A DNA stretch of 64,000 nt. It comes from Acutalibacteraceae bacterium (GTDB lineage Bacteria; Bacillota; Clostridia; Oscillospirales; Acutalibacteraceae). The notes under the pieces are model-generated. The model saw only the letters and a program-made list of their open reading frames with translations. It did not search any database and had not been told where the DNA came from. The stretch is from positions 6,772 through 70,771 of the forward strand of contig JAZODA010000055.1 of the NCBI GenBank assembly GCA_045596745.1, written 5' to 3'. A program made the position numbers and the translations under genes. Positions within the stretch are counted from its first letter, which is position 1. Each line of letters opens with the position of its first letter. Of this stretch, positions 1 through 8,770 are shown in pieces.

Positions 1-40
1 GAAACCCCCATCGTCATGGGCGAAAGTTTGATGTAAAGAA

Positions 41-78
41 ACCCCCGACAGGGAACCCTGTCGGGGGTTTTGTTTTTT
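41..78. terminator. Bidirectional intrinsic terminator between an upstream + strand gene end (stop about 34-36) and the AAC(3)-like gene
   Basis: Hairpin CCCCCGACAGG-GAA-CCCTGTCGGGGG flanked by an A-run and a T-run. Confidence 0.8.
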
Positions 79-86
79 AAACCGAG

Positions 87-926
87 TTACAGATTGGTCT
101 TGCAGCCGTTTGCATAGAATCCGCAGGGGTCGTCGACAAAATACAGCGGATCGTGCTTCATTTTCTGCAGCACCCTGTTTTTCAGTGCAACGCAATCCAT
201 CAGCACGGAGTCGGCGCCGTGGATGGAGGCGGTTTTGTACTCGCCTTCTTCCAGCACATCCAGTGCGCGGGCGTACCGCTGATGTACCGTGCCTTCGGGG
301 CGCGCAAAATTGTGGCGCCTGACCCGACGGGAATAGGTGTTACCGTCGGCATCGACCACGGTGTATTCCTGATGGCCACGCAGCGCGTACTCCACACCGG
401 CAACCTCTTCCAACGCGTGCATATAGGAGTTGTGACCTGTCGAGCAGCCAATCATCAGGATTTTTGCACCCACCTCAGCCAGCCGCCGGTAGGGGGAATG
501 CACGCCCATCGGCGTATCGTCGAGTTCCTCGCCCTCTATAAGCGAAGCAGTCAGCCGTCCATACAGAGCAACCGAGTGGGTGGGGTGGTTGGTGCGATAG
601 ACACCGTCCATTTTGCGGAACACTTCGGAGAGAAGTCCGACACAAGACGGCGTGTCCTTGTTGGAGAAAAACGAATCGCCGTACGAGGTGGCAAAGGTAA
701 AGGTCGGAAAAATCAGCGTCCCCTCAGCGCCCACCACATCGGCAAGCGCGGCGATAACACATTCCGCGCCCCCCTCGACATATCCCATGGATTTCATCGA
801 GGAGTGAACGACCACCGTATCACCCGCACCGATACCAATGTTTTGAAAGTCTCTGACAAGCTGCTTGTAAGAAGGGCATTCCTTGTTTTCAAATGCCGCA
901 AACCCCGCCGCACCGTTTTGTACCAT
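87..926 (-). CDS. Aminoglycoside N3-acetyltransferase family protein (AAC(3)/Antibiotic_NAT fold)
   Basis: The ORF translation has the family layout (GDTVVVHSSMKSMG..., FPTFTF, HPTHSVA, MIGC..NSYMHALEE). I chose the second Met (926) because GAGGTG sits 5 nt upstream; Met at 941 has no SD. Confidence 0.8.
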   Translation of the reverse strand: MVQNGAAGFAAFENKECPSYKQLVRDFQNIGIGAGDTVVVHSSMKSMGYVEGGAECVIAALADVVGAEGTLIFPTFTFATSYGDSFFSNKDTPSCVGLLSEVFRKMDGVYRTNHPTHSVALYGRLTASLIEGEELDDTPMGVHSPYRRLAEVGAKILMIGCSTGHNSYMHALEEVAGVEYALRGHQEYTVVDADGNTYSRRVRRHNFARPEGTVHQRYARALDVLEEGEYKTASIHGADSVLMDCVALKNRVLQKMKHDPLYFVDDPCGFYANGCKTNL

Positions 927-1184
927 AACAACACCTCGCATCGTTTAAGACACTACTATACTACCATAAGCCGTTGGAAAATACAATATGGGAAGAGGAA
1001 ATTAAACTTACAGAGTGCGGCCTCTTAACGTCTGCCGCGGCTACGCCTTGCATACGGAGGCTTGACGACCGCTTCGCGGTGCCCGTCTGCGCCATTTTTG
1101 GCTAAAAACGTGCCACGGCACGTTTCCTTAACGCCAAAACCCTCGCGGGTTCAAGAGGCCTTTTGCCTACCTTTCATACAAACG

Positions 1185-1222
1185 AAAAAAGAGACGCAGT
1201 CGAAAGACTGTGTCTCTTTTTT
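1185..1222. terminator. Strong bidirectional intrinsic terminator
   Basis: A6-GAGACGCAGTC-GAAA-GACTGTGTCTC-T6. Confidence 0.8.
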
Positions 1223-1237
1223 GGTCCGAGTGACAGG
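1217..1237. repeat. Direct repeat copy 1 of the tRNA-Pro 3' end (TTTTTTGGTCCGAGTGACAGG)
   Basis: Identical 21-mer to 1412-1432. Confidence 0.9.
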
Positions 1238-1350
1238 TGGTTGTACAGTGCGGTGGTTTGATCTCGTCTGTGAGTTTCGCCACAGCCCGTCAGGGCGGTG
1301 CAACGCGACGGCCTAAAAACAGTCCGTGAGGACTGTTTTCTTTACGGCCT

Positions 1351-1367
1351 TTCGACTCCTGTCACTC
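1351..1367. repeat. Inverted copy of the tRNA-Pro T-arm/acceptor segment
   Basis: TTCGACTCCTGTCACTC is the exact reverse complement of 1423-1439. Confidence 0.9.
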
Positions 1368-1371
1368 TTTT

Positions 1372-1411
1372 GCAAAATAAAAATCAGGGACGACCATATG
1401 GTCATCCCCGA
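1372..1411 (-). terminator. Intrinsic terminator of tRNA-Pro
   Basis: Minus-strand hairpin CGGGGATGACC-ATAT-GGTCGTCCCTG followed by a T-rich run. Confidence 0.7.
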
Positions 1412-1432
1412 TTTTTTGGTCCGAGTGACAGG
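1412..1432. repeat. Direct repeat copy 2 (overlaps the genuine tRNA-Pro 3' end)
   Basis: Identical 21-mer to 1217-1237. Confidence 0.9.
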
Positions 1433-1493
1433 AGTCGAACCTGCGGCCTCTTGAACCCCATTCAAGCGCGCTACCAATCTGCGCTACACCCGG
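1417..1493 (-). tRNA. tRNA-Pro (anticodon GGG), CCA encoded
   Basis: Manual cloverleaf: acceptor CCGGGUG/CACUCGG, D arm GCGC..GCGC, anticodon stem CUUGA/UCAAG with loop AUGGGGU, T arm GCAGG-UUCGACU-CCUGU, then ACCA. Confidence 0.85.
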
Positions 1494-1633
1494 ATTTTTT
1501 CAGTTGCGACAACTATTATAACAAAATCCCGCGGAATGTCAAGTGAAAAATCAAAAAACAACGGCAGGATATTAAAAAAGATTGCAACGGCGGGAAAAAT
1601 CCGTTATTATATAGGTAAAGGGGCGTGGAAACA

Positions 1634-2242
1634 ATGGATATGATTGATATTACCCGTGATTTGCTGACGGCGCCGGTGTATCCCGGCGACCCCAAGCCGG
1701 TCACGCAGATGCTGTCGGATATGCGGGTGGGGGATACCCACAACACGACGATGCTCGCCGCTTGTCTGCATAACGGCACGCATATGGACGCGCCTCGCCA
1801 CTTTTTTCCCGAGGGTGACACCATCGATAAGATTCCGCTGGATGTGTGCATCGGCGAGTGTGCGGTGGTGGAGTGCAACGGTCTGTTGCTCGGTGACGAG
1901 GCGGAAGCGTTGCTGCCGCGGCTGAAAAAGCGCACGCTGCTCAAAGGCGATGTACAGCTGACCCCCAGCGCGGCGTTTGTGCTGTCGGGCGCAGGCGTGG
2001 AGCTGCTCGGCGTCGAGGGCGTGTCGGTGGCGGCACCCGAATACACGGCGGAGGTACACCGTCAGCTGCTCGGTGCAGGAATGGTTCTGCTGGAGGGACT
2101 GGATCTCTCCAAAGCCGAAGAAAACGTGCCGTATCTGCTGATTGCGGCGCCGCTGCGTATCGGTGGGGCGGACGGCGCACCGGTGCGTGCCGTGCTGGTA
2201 GAGCCGCACCGCATTGATTGGGACGAGCGCACCTGGCGATAA
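1634..2242 (+). CDS. Cyclase-family protein (kynurenine formamidase-like, PF04199-type)
   Basis: HNGTHMDAPRHF motif (HxGTHxDxPxH). The ATG at 1634 lies downstream of a GGGG-rich SD. Confidence 0.75.
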   Translation: MDMIDITRDLLTAPVYPGDPKPVTQMLSDMRVGDTHNTTMLAACLHNGTHMDAPRHFFPEGDTIDKIPLDVCIGECAVVECNGLLLGDEAEALLPRLKKRTLLKGDVQLTPSAAFVLSGAGVELLGVEGVSVAAPEYTAEVHRQLLGAGMVLLEGLDLSKAEENVPYLLIAAPLRIGGADGAPVRAVLVEPHRIDWDERTWR

Positions 2243-2316
2243 AAGGCTCTTGCATTCTGTCGACAAGTGTGGTACATTTATATGGTTGTGAATTTATCCG
2301 AGAAGAGGTCAGAGTT

Positions 2317-3336
2317 ATGAGTACCGAGTACCGCTTGGTCATTCCGGAGGGCTATCGCTCCGAAATGGACATTCTGGAAACCGAAAAAGCTATCAAGCTG
2401 TTGAAAGACGGCTTTGAGGAGCAGCTCGCCCAGCGCCTGTCGCTGACGCGTGTGTCGGCGCCTTTGTTTGTGCTGCCGCAATCCGGTTTGAATGATAATC
2501 TGAGCGGCGTGGAGCGCCCTGTCAGCTTTGACCTGCGCTACGACAACGGTCGTGTTGCCGAAGTGGTGCATTCGCTTGCTAAGTGGAAGCGGTATGCGCT
2601 CAAGCGATACAACGTGCCGGTGGGACAGGGTCTGTATACCGATATGAACGCCATCCGCCGCGACGAAGTGACGGACAACATCCACTCGCTGTACGTGGAT
2701 CAGTGGGACTGGGAAATCGTCATTCGCCACGAAGAGCGCACGATGGAAACGCTGAAGACCGTGGTGAACAACATCTATGCCGCGTTCCTCAGTATGGAAA
2801 AGACCGTGTGCGAGCGGTATCCGTATCTGGAGCGCAAGCTGCCCGAAAAAATCACGTTCCTGACGACGCAGGAACTGGAAGACCGCTACCCCGACCTGAC
2901 CGGTTCGGAGCGCGAGTCGATGGCGGCGCGCGAATACGGCGCGGTGTTCCTGATGCAAATCGGCGGCGCACTGCGCTCGGGCAAGCCGCACGACGGTCGC
3001 GCTCCCGACTACGACGATTGGAAGCTCAACGGCGACATTCTGTTCTACTATCCCGTATTGGATCGCGCACTTGAAATGTCTTCGATGGGTATTCGCGTGG
3101 ACGAAGAGTCCCTGCGTTATCAGCTGGAAACGGCCGGTTGCACCGATCGCGCCGAGCTGCCGTTCCAGAAAGCACTGCTCGCGGGCGAACTGCCGTATAC
3201 CATCGGTGGCGGCATCGGTCAGTCGCGCCTGTGCATGTTCTTCCTTAATAAAGCACACATCGGTGAAGTGCAGGCTTCGCTCTGGCCGGATGAGATGGTT
3301 GAGCGCTGCGCAGAGGCCGGTATCGACCTGCTGTAA
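2317..3336 (+). CDS. asnA: Aspartate--ammonia ligase (asparagine synthetase A)
   Basis: Full-length AsnA-like sequence (SAPLFV, NLSGVERPVSFD, DWEIVI, GGGIGQSRLCMFFL). ATG at 2317 preceded by AGAAGAGG. Confidence 0.9.
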   Translation: MSTEYRLVIPEGYRSEMDILETEKAIKLLKDGFEEQLAQRLSLTRVSAPLFVLPQSGLNDNLSGVERPVSFDLRYDNGRVAEVVHSLAKWKRYALKRYNVPVGQGLYTDMNAIRRDEVTDNIHSLYVDQWDWEIVIRHEERTMETLKTVVNNIYAAFLSMEKTVCERYPYLERKLPEKITFLTTQELEDRYPDLTGSERESMAAREYGAVFLMQIGGALRSGKPHDGRAPDYDDWKLNGDILFYYPVLDRALEMSSMGIRVDEESLRYQLETAGCTDRAELPFQKALLAGELPYTIGGGIGQSRLCMFFLNKAHIGEVQASLWPDEMVERCAEAGIDLL

Positions 3337-3365
3337 AAAAAGTTGGACAAATTTAAAATTTAGTC

Positions 3366-3394
3366 TTGATTTTTTCTGCAGTATTCATTATAAT
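3366..3394 (+). promoter_or_regulatory. Sigma-A-type promoter for tRNA-Ser (and possibly rpmE)
   Basis: TTGATT - 17 nt - TATAAT. Confidence 0.6.
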
Positions 3395-3418
3395 AGTTTA
3401 GCACTGTGTGTGCGACTC

Positions 3419-3509
3419 GGAGAGTTGGCTGAGTGGTCGAAGGCGCACGATTGGAAGTCGTGTGTACGTTAATAGCGAACCTAGGGTTCAAATCCCTAAC
3501 TCTCCGCCA
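3419..3509 (+). tRNA. tRNA-Ser (anticodon GGA), long variable arm, CCA encoded
   Basis: Acceptor GGAGAGU/ACUCUCC, anticodon loop UUGGAAG, T loop GGGUUCAAAUCCC. Confidence 0.85.
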
Positions 3510-3566
3510 TTGATTACAGCGAAGGATTCCTTCGAGGGAATACAGCTTCTGAAAGAGGTGACAGGA

Positions 3567-3776
3567 ATGAAACAGGGTATCCATCCCAACTATGCCAAGA
3601 CGACGATCACTTGCGCTTGCGGTGAAGTCATCGAGACTTCTTCCACCAAGGAGAACATCCGCGTGGAAATCTGCTCCAAGTGCCATCCGTTCTTCACCGG
3701 CAGACAGAAGCTGGTTGATACCGGCGGCCGTGTGGATCGCTTCAACAAGCGCTTTGGTATCAAAGAGAGCAAGTAA
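3567..3776 (+). CDS. rpmE: 50S ribosomal protein L31 (Cys-containing, zinc-ribbon type)
   Basis: MKQGIHPNY... with CxC and CSKC motifs, 69 aa, SD AAAGAGG upstream. Confidence 0.95.
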   Translation: MKQGIHPNYAKTTITCACGEVIETSSTKENIRVEICSKCHPFFTGRQKLVDTGGRVDRFNKRFGIKESK

Positions 3777-3781
3777 GACAG

Positions 3782-3815
3782 AAAAGGGCAGTGCAGACAA
3801 TGCGCTGCCTTTTGT
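3782..3815 (+). terminator. Intrinsic terminator after rpmE
   Basis: GGCAGUGC-loop-GCGCUGCC followed by UUUU. Confidence 0.7.
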
Positions 3816-3838
3816 CGTTTGTAGGGGAGGGCAGTGCC

Positions 3839-4471
3839 ATGGATGATCGTGCGTATCTTACCATCCGCGATGCAGCGGAAGCGGAATATGTGGATCGGCG
3901 TTCGCGCTTTATTGCCGCCATTCGTCCTGTGACGGATGAGCAGGAGGCGCTGGCGTTTATTGCCGCGCGCAAAAAGCAGTTCTGGGATGCGCGTCACAAC
4001 GTTCACGCCTACGTACTGCGCTCGGGCATTGCCCGCTTTTCGGATGACGGCGAGCCGCAAGGCACGGCTGGTCTGCCGATGCTGGAGACCATTCAAAAAC
4101 GCGGTATCACCGACTGCGTGGTGGTGGTAACGCGGTACTTCGGCGGCATCCTGCTCGGTACGGGCGGCCTGGTGCGTGCCTACTCGCAAAGCACCTCAAT
4201 GGCGATTGATGCCGCAGTGGTGGGCGAGTGCCGTCCGTGTGACATCGGGGAGATTGCCTGCGATTATGCACAATACGGTCGCATTGCACCGCTGGTTTCG
4301 GAATTTGGCGGTCGGGTGACCGATACGGCGTTTACCGAGGGGGTTACCTTGTCGGTACTGTTGCCGTCAGAAAACACAGCGGCGTTTTCCGCGCGTCTTA
4401 CCGATGTGTCCGCCGGAACCTTGGCTTTTCAGAAAAACGATGAAATTTTTGAGTTTTTTGAAAAAAGCTAA
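3839..4471 (+). CDS. yigZ: YigZ/IMPACT-family protein
   Basis: SRFIA, WDARHNVHAY, DDGEPQGTAG and RYFGGILLGTGGLVRAY motifs. Start moved to the ATG at 3839, after the rpmE terminator, with a GGGGAGGG SD. Confidence 0.8.
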   Translation: MDDRAYLTIRDAAEAEYVDRRSRFIAAIRPVTDEQEALAFIAARKKQFWDARHNVHAYVLRSGIARFSDDGEPQGTAGLPMLETIQKRGITDCVVVVTRYFGGILLGTGGLVRAYSQSTSMAIDAAVVGECRPCDIGEIACDYAQYGRIAPLVSEFGGRVTDTAFTEGVTLSVLLPSENTAAFSARLTDVSAGTLAFQKNDEIFEFFEKS

Positions 4472-4530
4472 CGGTTTTGCAGGAAAAAACAAAAAGGCAG
4501 GAGTATAATGTATTGAAAGGCGGTGGAAGT

Positions 4531-5529
4531 ATGGTACCACGTTTACGCACCGAAGAGATTGAACGCCAGATGTTATCGCCGCGCGCGGCGCTGGCTTGCG
4601 AGAGCCGCGGACGTGACCGCGAGGAGACGCCCTGCGATTTCCGCACGGCATTTCAGCGCGACCGTGACCGTGTGTTGCACAGTAAGGCGTTTCGCCGTCT
4701 GCGTCACAAGACGCAGGTTTTTCTCTCGCCGATGGGCGACCATTACCGTACTCGCCTGACCCATACATTGGAGGTTTCGCAGATTGCGCGTACCATTGCG
4801 CGCTCGCTGTGCCTGAACGAAGATTTGACCGAGGCCATTGCGCTGGCGCACGATTTGGGACACACGCCGTTCGGACATGCCGGTGAGCGTGCGCTGGATC
4901 GGTATATGCCGGGTGGTTTCCGCCATTACGAGCAGAGTGTTCGCGTGGTGGAACTGCTGGAAAAAGAGGGTAGCGGTCTGAACCTTACCTGGGAAGTGCG
5001 CGACGGCATTTTGAACCACACCACCGGCGCTCAGGCGGCAACGCTGGAGGGTCGCATCGTGCGTGTGGCGGACAAGGTCGCGTACATCAATCACGATATT
5101 GACGATGCCATCCGTGCCGATGTGTTTGCGGAGTCGGATATCCCCACCGAAATTACGTCGGTGCTGGGCTCGAGCCGCAACGAGCGCTTTGGCGTGATGA
5201 TTGGCTCGATTGTGGAAAACAGCGATGACGACATCGCGATGTCGCCCGAAGTGCAGGCCGCCTTTGACCGACTGCACGCCTTTATGTTCGAGCGGTTGTA
5301 TTACAATCCTATTGCCAAGAACGAGGAGAAAAAGGTTGACGCGTTTATCGGGAGAATGTTCTGCTATTTCGTGGAGTTCCCCGACCGTCTCCCGACGGAA
5401 TTCCGCCCGATTCTTGAGCGCGAGGGCGCGGAACGCGCCGCCTGCGATTATATCGCGGGTATGACCGACACGTTTGCGGTCAAAATGTATGATGATTTGT
5501 TTATTCCCAAGGGTTGGCCGATTGGCTGA
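4531..5529 (+). CDS. dgt: dGTPase-like HD-domain triphosphohydrolase
   Basis: FQRDRDRVLHSKAFRRLRHKTQVF...RLTHTLEV...HDLGHTPFGHAGE. Confidence 0.85.
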   Translation: MVPRLRTEEIERQMLSPRAALACESRGRDREETPCDFRTAFQRDRDRVLHSKAFRRLRHKTQVFLSPMGDHYRTRLTHTLEVSQIARTIARSLCLNEDLTEAIALAHDLGHTPFGHAGERALDRYMPGGFRHYEQSVRVVELLEKEGSGLNLTWEVRDGILNHTTGAQAATLEGRIVRVADKVAYINHDIDDAIRADVFAESDIPTEITSVLGSSRNERFGVMIGSIVENSDDDIAMSPEVQAAFDRLHAFMFERLYYNPIAKNEEKKVDAFIGRMFCYFVEFPDRLPTEFRPILEREGAERAACDYIAGMTDTFAVKMYDDLFIPKGWPIG

Positions 5530-5559
5530 TTGCGGATGATATGAAAAGGGGGTGGCACG

Positions 5560-7323
5560 ATGCTTCCGGATAGTTTTTTACAGGAACTGATCGCGAAAAA
5601 TGATATCGAGAGCGTGGTGTCGTCCTACGTTTCGCTCAAGCGGCGCGGCCGCAACTTGGTGGGACTTTGTCCGTTCCACGGCGAAAAAACGGCGTCGTTT
5701 AACCTGTATCCCGAAACGGCATCCTTTTACTGCTTCGGCTGCGGCGCCGGCGGCGATGTTATCACCTTTATCCGCCGCATTGAAAACTTAAGCTACATCG
5801 ACGCTGTCAAACTGCTCGCCGACCGTGCGGGTATGGCGGTGCCGGACCAGGATAAAAACGATGCGAGCGCGCGACTACGTGTCCGCATTCTGGAAGCAAA
5901 CCGCGAAGCGGCGCGCTTGTTCCACGCGTTTTTGTATTCCTCCGGCGGTCGTGAGGGCCTCGACTATTACCACAGCCGTGGTTACACCGATGCCACCATC
6001 CGCCATTTCGGCTTGGGTTATGCGCCGCAGAGCTTTGATTTTCTGCGGGACAACCTGCGTAAAAAAGGCTTCCACGATGAGGAACTGGTGCTGGCGTGGC
6101 TGTGTGCCCGCAGCAAAAACGGTAAGGGCATCTACGATATTTTCCGCAACCGTGTGATGATTCCGATTATCGACGTGCGCGGCAGTGTCATTGCGTTTGG
6201 CGGTCGCGTGCTGGATGATTCCAAGCCGAAGTACTTAAACTCCGGTGAGACACAGGTTTTCAAGAAAACCAACAACCTGTTTGCTCTTAACTTCGCCAAG
6301 CAGGAAAAGCACGAGCGGCTGATTCTGTGCGAGGGATATATGGATGTTATCGCCCTGCATCAGGCCGGATTCACCAACGCGGTGGCGGCGCTCGGCACAT
6401 CCTTTACCGCCGACCACGCCCGCTTGCTTGCCCGCTATACCGACGAAGTGGTGCTGATTTTCGATGCGGATGCCGCCGGCAAAAAGGGCGCACAGCGCGC
6501 GATTGGCTTGCTGCGTGAAACCGGACTTCGCATCCGTCTGGTCACCATCCCCGATGGAAAAGACCCTGACGAGTTTATCAAGAAAAACGGTCCCGAGCGC
6601 TTTAAGTTGCTGGTGGAACGTGCCGCCAACGATGTGGAATATCGGCTGATGGAGCTGGGAACGCGCCATTTGCTGAGCACATCGGAGGGTAAAGTGACCT
6701 ACCTGCGTGAAGCAACGCAAATGCTCGCCGAACTCAGCGATCCGCTGGAGCGGGATGTGTACCTCGGCAAGCTGGCACAGGAGCTTTCGGTGTCCAAGGA
6801 TGCGCTGAAAACGCAGATGGAATATCAGCTGAAACGGCGCAAAAAGCAGCAGATGGACAAGCAGATGTCGCAGGTGCTGCGCCGCTCGGAGGAGACAACC
6901 AAGAAAGCGAATCCCGATGCTGCCCGTCACGTGCGAGCGGCCAGCGCGGAGGAAGCGCTCCTGGGACTGCTTCTCTTGCATCCCGATTACCTGACGGCGG
7001 TGTCACAGCAGTTGACGGCGGATGAAATGGTAACACCGTTCAACCGCGGTGTGTACGAAAAATTGCTTTCCCGCTATCGGCAGGGACTGCTTGTGGATCT
7101 TTCGGTGCTGTCCGAGGATTACGAGCCGGAAGAAATGGCGTATATTACCGGTATGATGCGCGAAGTCAGGGAACAGGGGACGACTCTGACGGCAGAGGAT
7201 GCGGCGTATTATGTCGGCATTATAAAAAAAGAACATCAGCTTCAGGTGCTGAAAGAACCCACGGATCTGACCCCGGAGCAGATACAGGAAAAACTGCAGC
7301 TTATGCGAAAAATGAAGTCCTAA
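5560..7323 (+). CDS. dnaG: DNA primase
   Basis: Zinc-finger CPFHGEKTASF...CFGCG, TOPRIM region EGYMDV. Confidence 0.95.
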   Translation: MLPDSFLQELIAKNDIESVVSSYVSLKRRGRNLVGLCPFHGEKTASFNLYPETASFYCFGCGAGGDVITFIRRIENLSYIDAVKLLADRAGMAVPDQDKNDASARLRVRILEANREAARLFHAFLYSSGGREGLDYYHSRGYTDATIRHFGLGYAPQSFDFLRDNLRKKGFHDEELVLAWLCARSKNGKGIYDIFRNRVMIPIIDVRGSVIAFGGRVLDDSKPKYLNSGETQVFKKTNNLFALNFAKQEKHERLILCEGYMDVIALHQAGFTNAVAALGTSFTADHARLLARYTDEVVLIFDADAAGKKGAQRAIGLLRETGLRIRLVTIPDGKDPDEFIKKNGPERFKLLVERAANDVEYRLMELGTRHLLSTSEGKVTYLREATQMLAELSDPLERDVYLGKLAQELSVSKDALKTQMEYQLKRRKKQQMDKQMSQVLRRSEETTKKANPDAARHVRAASAEEALLGLLLLHPDYLTAVSQQLTADEMVTPFNRGVYEKLLSRYRQGLLVDLSVLSEDYEPEEMAYITGMMREVREQGTTLTAEDAAYYVGIIKKEHQLQVLKEPTDLTPEQIQEKLQLMRKMKS

Positions 7324-7337
7324 CGGAGGAATGAAAA

Positions 7338-8507
7338 ATGTCAGAAAAGAACATCGATATTCTCAAGGAAGTTACCTACGAGCCGATTCTGGATAAAGAC
7401 GAAACGCTGGACCTCAATATCGGCAAAAAGGATAAGAAAACGGTTTACAACGAGCTCATCGAAGCGGGACGCGCCAAGGGCAAGCTGACCACGCAGGAAC
7501 TGATGGATGCGATGGAAACGCTGGACTTCGATCCCGAGCAGATGGACAAGCTGTACGACGTGCTGGAAAGCTACAACGTCGAAATCGTGGACGATTTCAC
7601 CGAAACCGCGTTCAACGATATGGATATGGTGCTGGAATCCTCCGATAACGACAGCGACGATCCCTCCGCTGAGGGCGTGGTGACGGATGACCCGGTTAAG
7701 GTGTATCTGAAAGAAATCGGTCGTGTGCCGCTGCTCACTCCTGAAGAGGAAATTGACCTGTCCATCAAGATTGCCGAGGGTAATCCCTATGCGAAGAAGC
7801 GTCTTTCCGAAGCGAACCTCCGTCTGGTCGTCAGCATCGCCAAGCGTTATGTCGGTCGCGGTATGCAGTTCCTGGATCTGATTCAGGAGGGCAACCTCGG
7901 TCTGATTAAGGCGGTGGAGAAGTTCGACCATACCAAGGGCTTTAAGTTCTCCACCTACGCTACGTGGTGGATTCGTCAGGCGATTACCCGTGCCATTGCC
8001 GACCAGGCGCGTACCATCCGTATTCCGGTGCATATGGTGGAAACCATCAACAAGGTCAAGAAGGTCTCCAGCCAGCTGCTGCACAAGAACGGTCACGAGC
8101 CGACGGCGGAAGAAATCGCTGTGGAACTGGAAATGCCCGCCGACCGCGTGCGCGAGATTATGCGCGTGGCGCAGGAGCCGGTGTCGCTGGAAACCCCCAT
8201 CGGCGAGGAGGAAGACAGCCACCTGGGCGACTTTATTCCCGACGACGAGGCGCTGGCACCTGCCGATGCGGCTTCGCATATGTTGCTCAAGGAGCAGCTG
8301 CGCGACGTGCTGGCAACGCTGACTCCCCGTGAGGAGAAGGTGCTGTCGCTGCGCTTCGGTCTGGAGGACGGCCGTCCGCGTACGTTGGAAGAAGTGGGTA
8401 AGGAGTTCGACGTTACCCGTGAGCGTATTCGTCAGATTGAGGCGAAGGCTCTGCGCAAGCTGCGTCATCCCAGCCGCAGCAAGAAGCTCAAGGACTTCCT
8501 CGACTAA
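7338..8507 (+). CDS. rpoD: RNA polymerase primary sigma factor
   Basis: Regions 1.2-4.2 recognisable ([69 protein letters not shown]). Confidence 0.95.
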   Translation: MSEKNIDILKEVTYEPILDKDETLDLNIGKKDKKTVYNELIEAGRAKGKLTTQELMDAMETLDFDPEQMDKLYDVLESYNVEIVDDFTETAFNDMDMVLESSDNDSDDPSAEGVVTDDPVKVYLKEIGRVPLLTPEEEIDLSIKIAEGNPYAKKRLSEANLRLVVSIAKRYVGRGMQFLDLIQEGNLGLIKAVEKFDHTKGFKFSTYATWWIRQAITRAIADQARTIRIPVHMVETINKVKKVSSQLLHKNGHEPTAEEIAVELEMPADRVREIMRVAQEPVSLETPIGEEEDSHLGDFIPDDEALAPADAASHMLLKEQLRDVLATLTPREEKVLSLRFGLEDGRPRTLEEVGKEFDVTRERIRQIEAKALRKLRHPSRSKKLKDFLD

Positions 8508-8516
8508 TACCGATAC

Positions 8517-8552
8517 AAACAGGCTTCCGTGTTTACGGAAGCCTGTTTTTTG
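8517..8552 (+). terminator. Intrinsic terminator after rpoD
   Basis: AAACAGGCUUCCGU-GUUU-ACGGAAGCCUGUUUUUU. Confidence 0.85.
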
Positions 8553-8589
8553 TGTGGGAGAGCGGCAGGGATTTATTTCAATAAAACTG

Positions 8590-8619
8590 TTGACAAACGC
8601 AGGGGAACGGTGATATAAT
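8590..8619 (+). promoter_or_regulatory. Sigma-A-type promoter for tRNA-Leu
   Basis: TTGACA - 18 nt - TATAAT, with a TGn extended -10. Confidence 0.6.
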
Positions 8620-8635
8620 AACCACTGCTGTGTAT

Positions 8636-8719
8636 GCGAGAGTGCTGGAATAGGCAGACAGGCACGTTTGAGGTGCGTGTGTCGACGACGTGTGGGTTCA
8701 AGTCCCATCTCTCGCACCA
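8636..8719 (+). tRNA. tRNA-Leu (anticodon GAG), long variable arm, CCA encoded
   Basis: Acceptor GCGAGAG/CUCUCGC, anticodon loop UUGAGGU, T loop GGGUUCAAGUCCC. Confidence 0.85.
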
Positions 8720-8720
8720 T

Positions 8721-8758
8721 AAAAATTCCCGAATGTATCTTACATTCGGGAATTTTTC
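8721..8758 (+). terminator. Intrinsic terminator after tRNA-Leu
   Basis: AAAAAUUCCCGAAUGUA-UCU-UACAUUCGGGAAUUUUU. Confidence 0.85.
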
Positions 8759-8770
8759 TTTTTGTTCCGC

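Larger units (their letters stand above)
1217..1367 (-). ncRNA. Candidate ~150-nt structured RNA carrying a tRNA-Pro-like 3' tail (hypothetical)
   Basis: On the minus strand, 5' GAGUGACAGG pairs with 3' CCUGUCACUC followed by GGACCA. There are internal hairpins (ACAGUCC-UCAC-GGACUGU, GCCC-UGAC-GGGC, CUGUG..CACAG). It is immediately followed by the terminator at 1185-1222. No family recognised. Confidence 0.2.

Noticed and set aside
87-1500. An intact genomic island or integrative element at tRNA-Pro.
   Set aside because: No integrase, excisionase or mobility gene is present in the visible sequence. The direct repeats are only about 195 bp apart. At most this is a scar, and it is kept as a hypothesis in the findings.
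1062-1546. + strand ORFs 1062-1316 and 1298-1546 in the tRNA-Pro region.
   Set aside because: They overlap terminator hairpins and the tRNA gene, lack SD sequences, and have no recognisable protein features.
7341-8720. 459-aa minus-strand ORF spanning rpoD and tRNA-Leu. Similar very long antisense ORFs occur at 10831-12387, 18668-20980, 31399-33213, 33240-35093, 44130-47084, 55535-57037 and 58569-61487.
   Set aside because: Each lies exactly opposite a confidently identified + strand gene. They have Arg/His/Gln-rich low-complexity translations typical of shadow frames in GC-rich DNA, lack SD sequences, and some run through tRNA genes.
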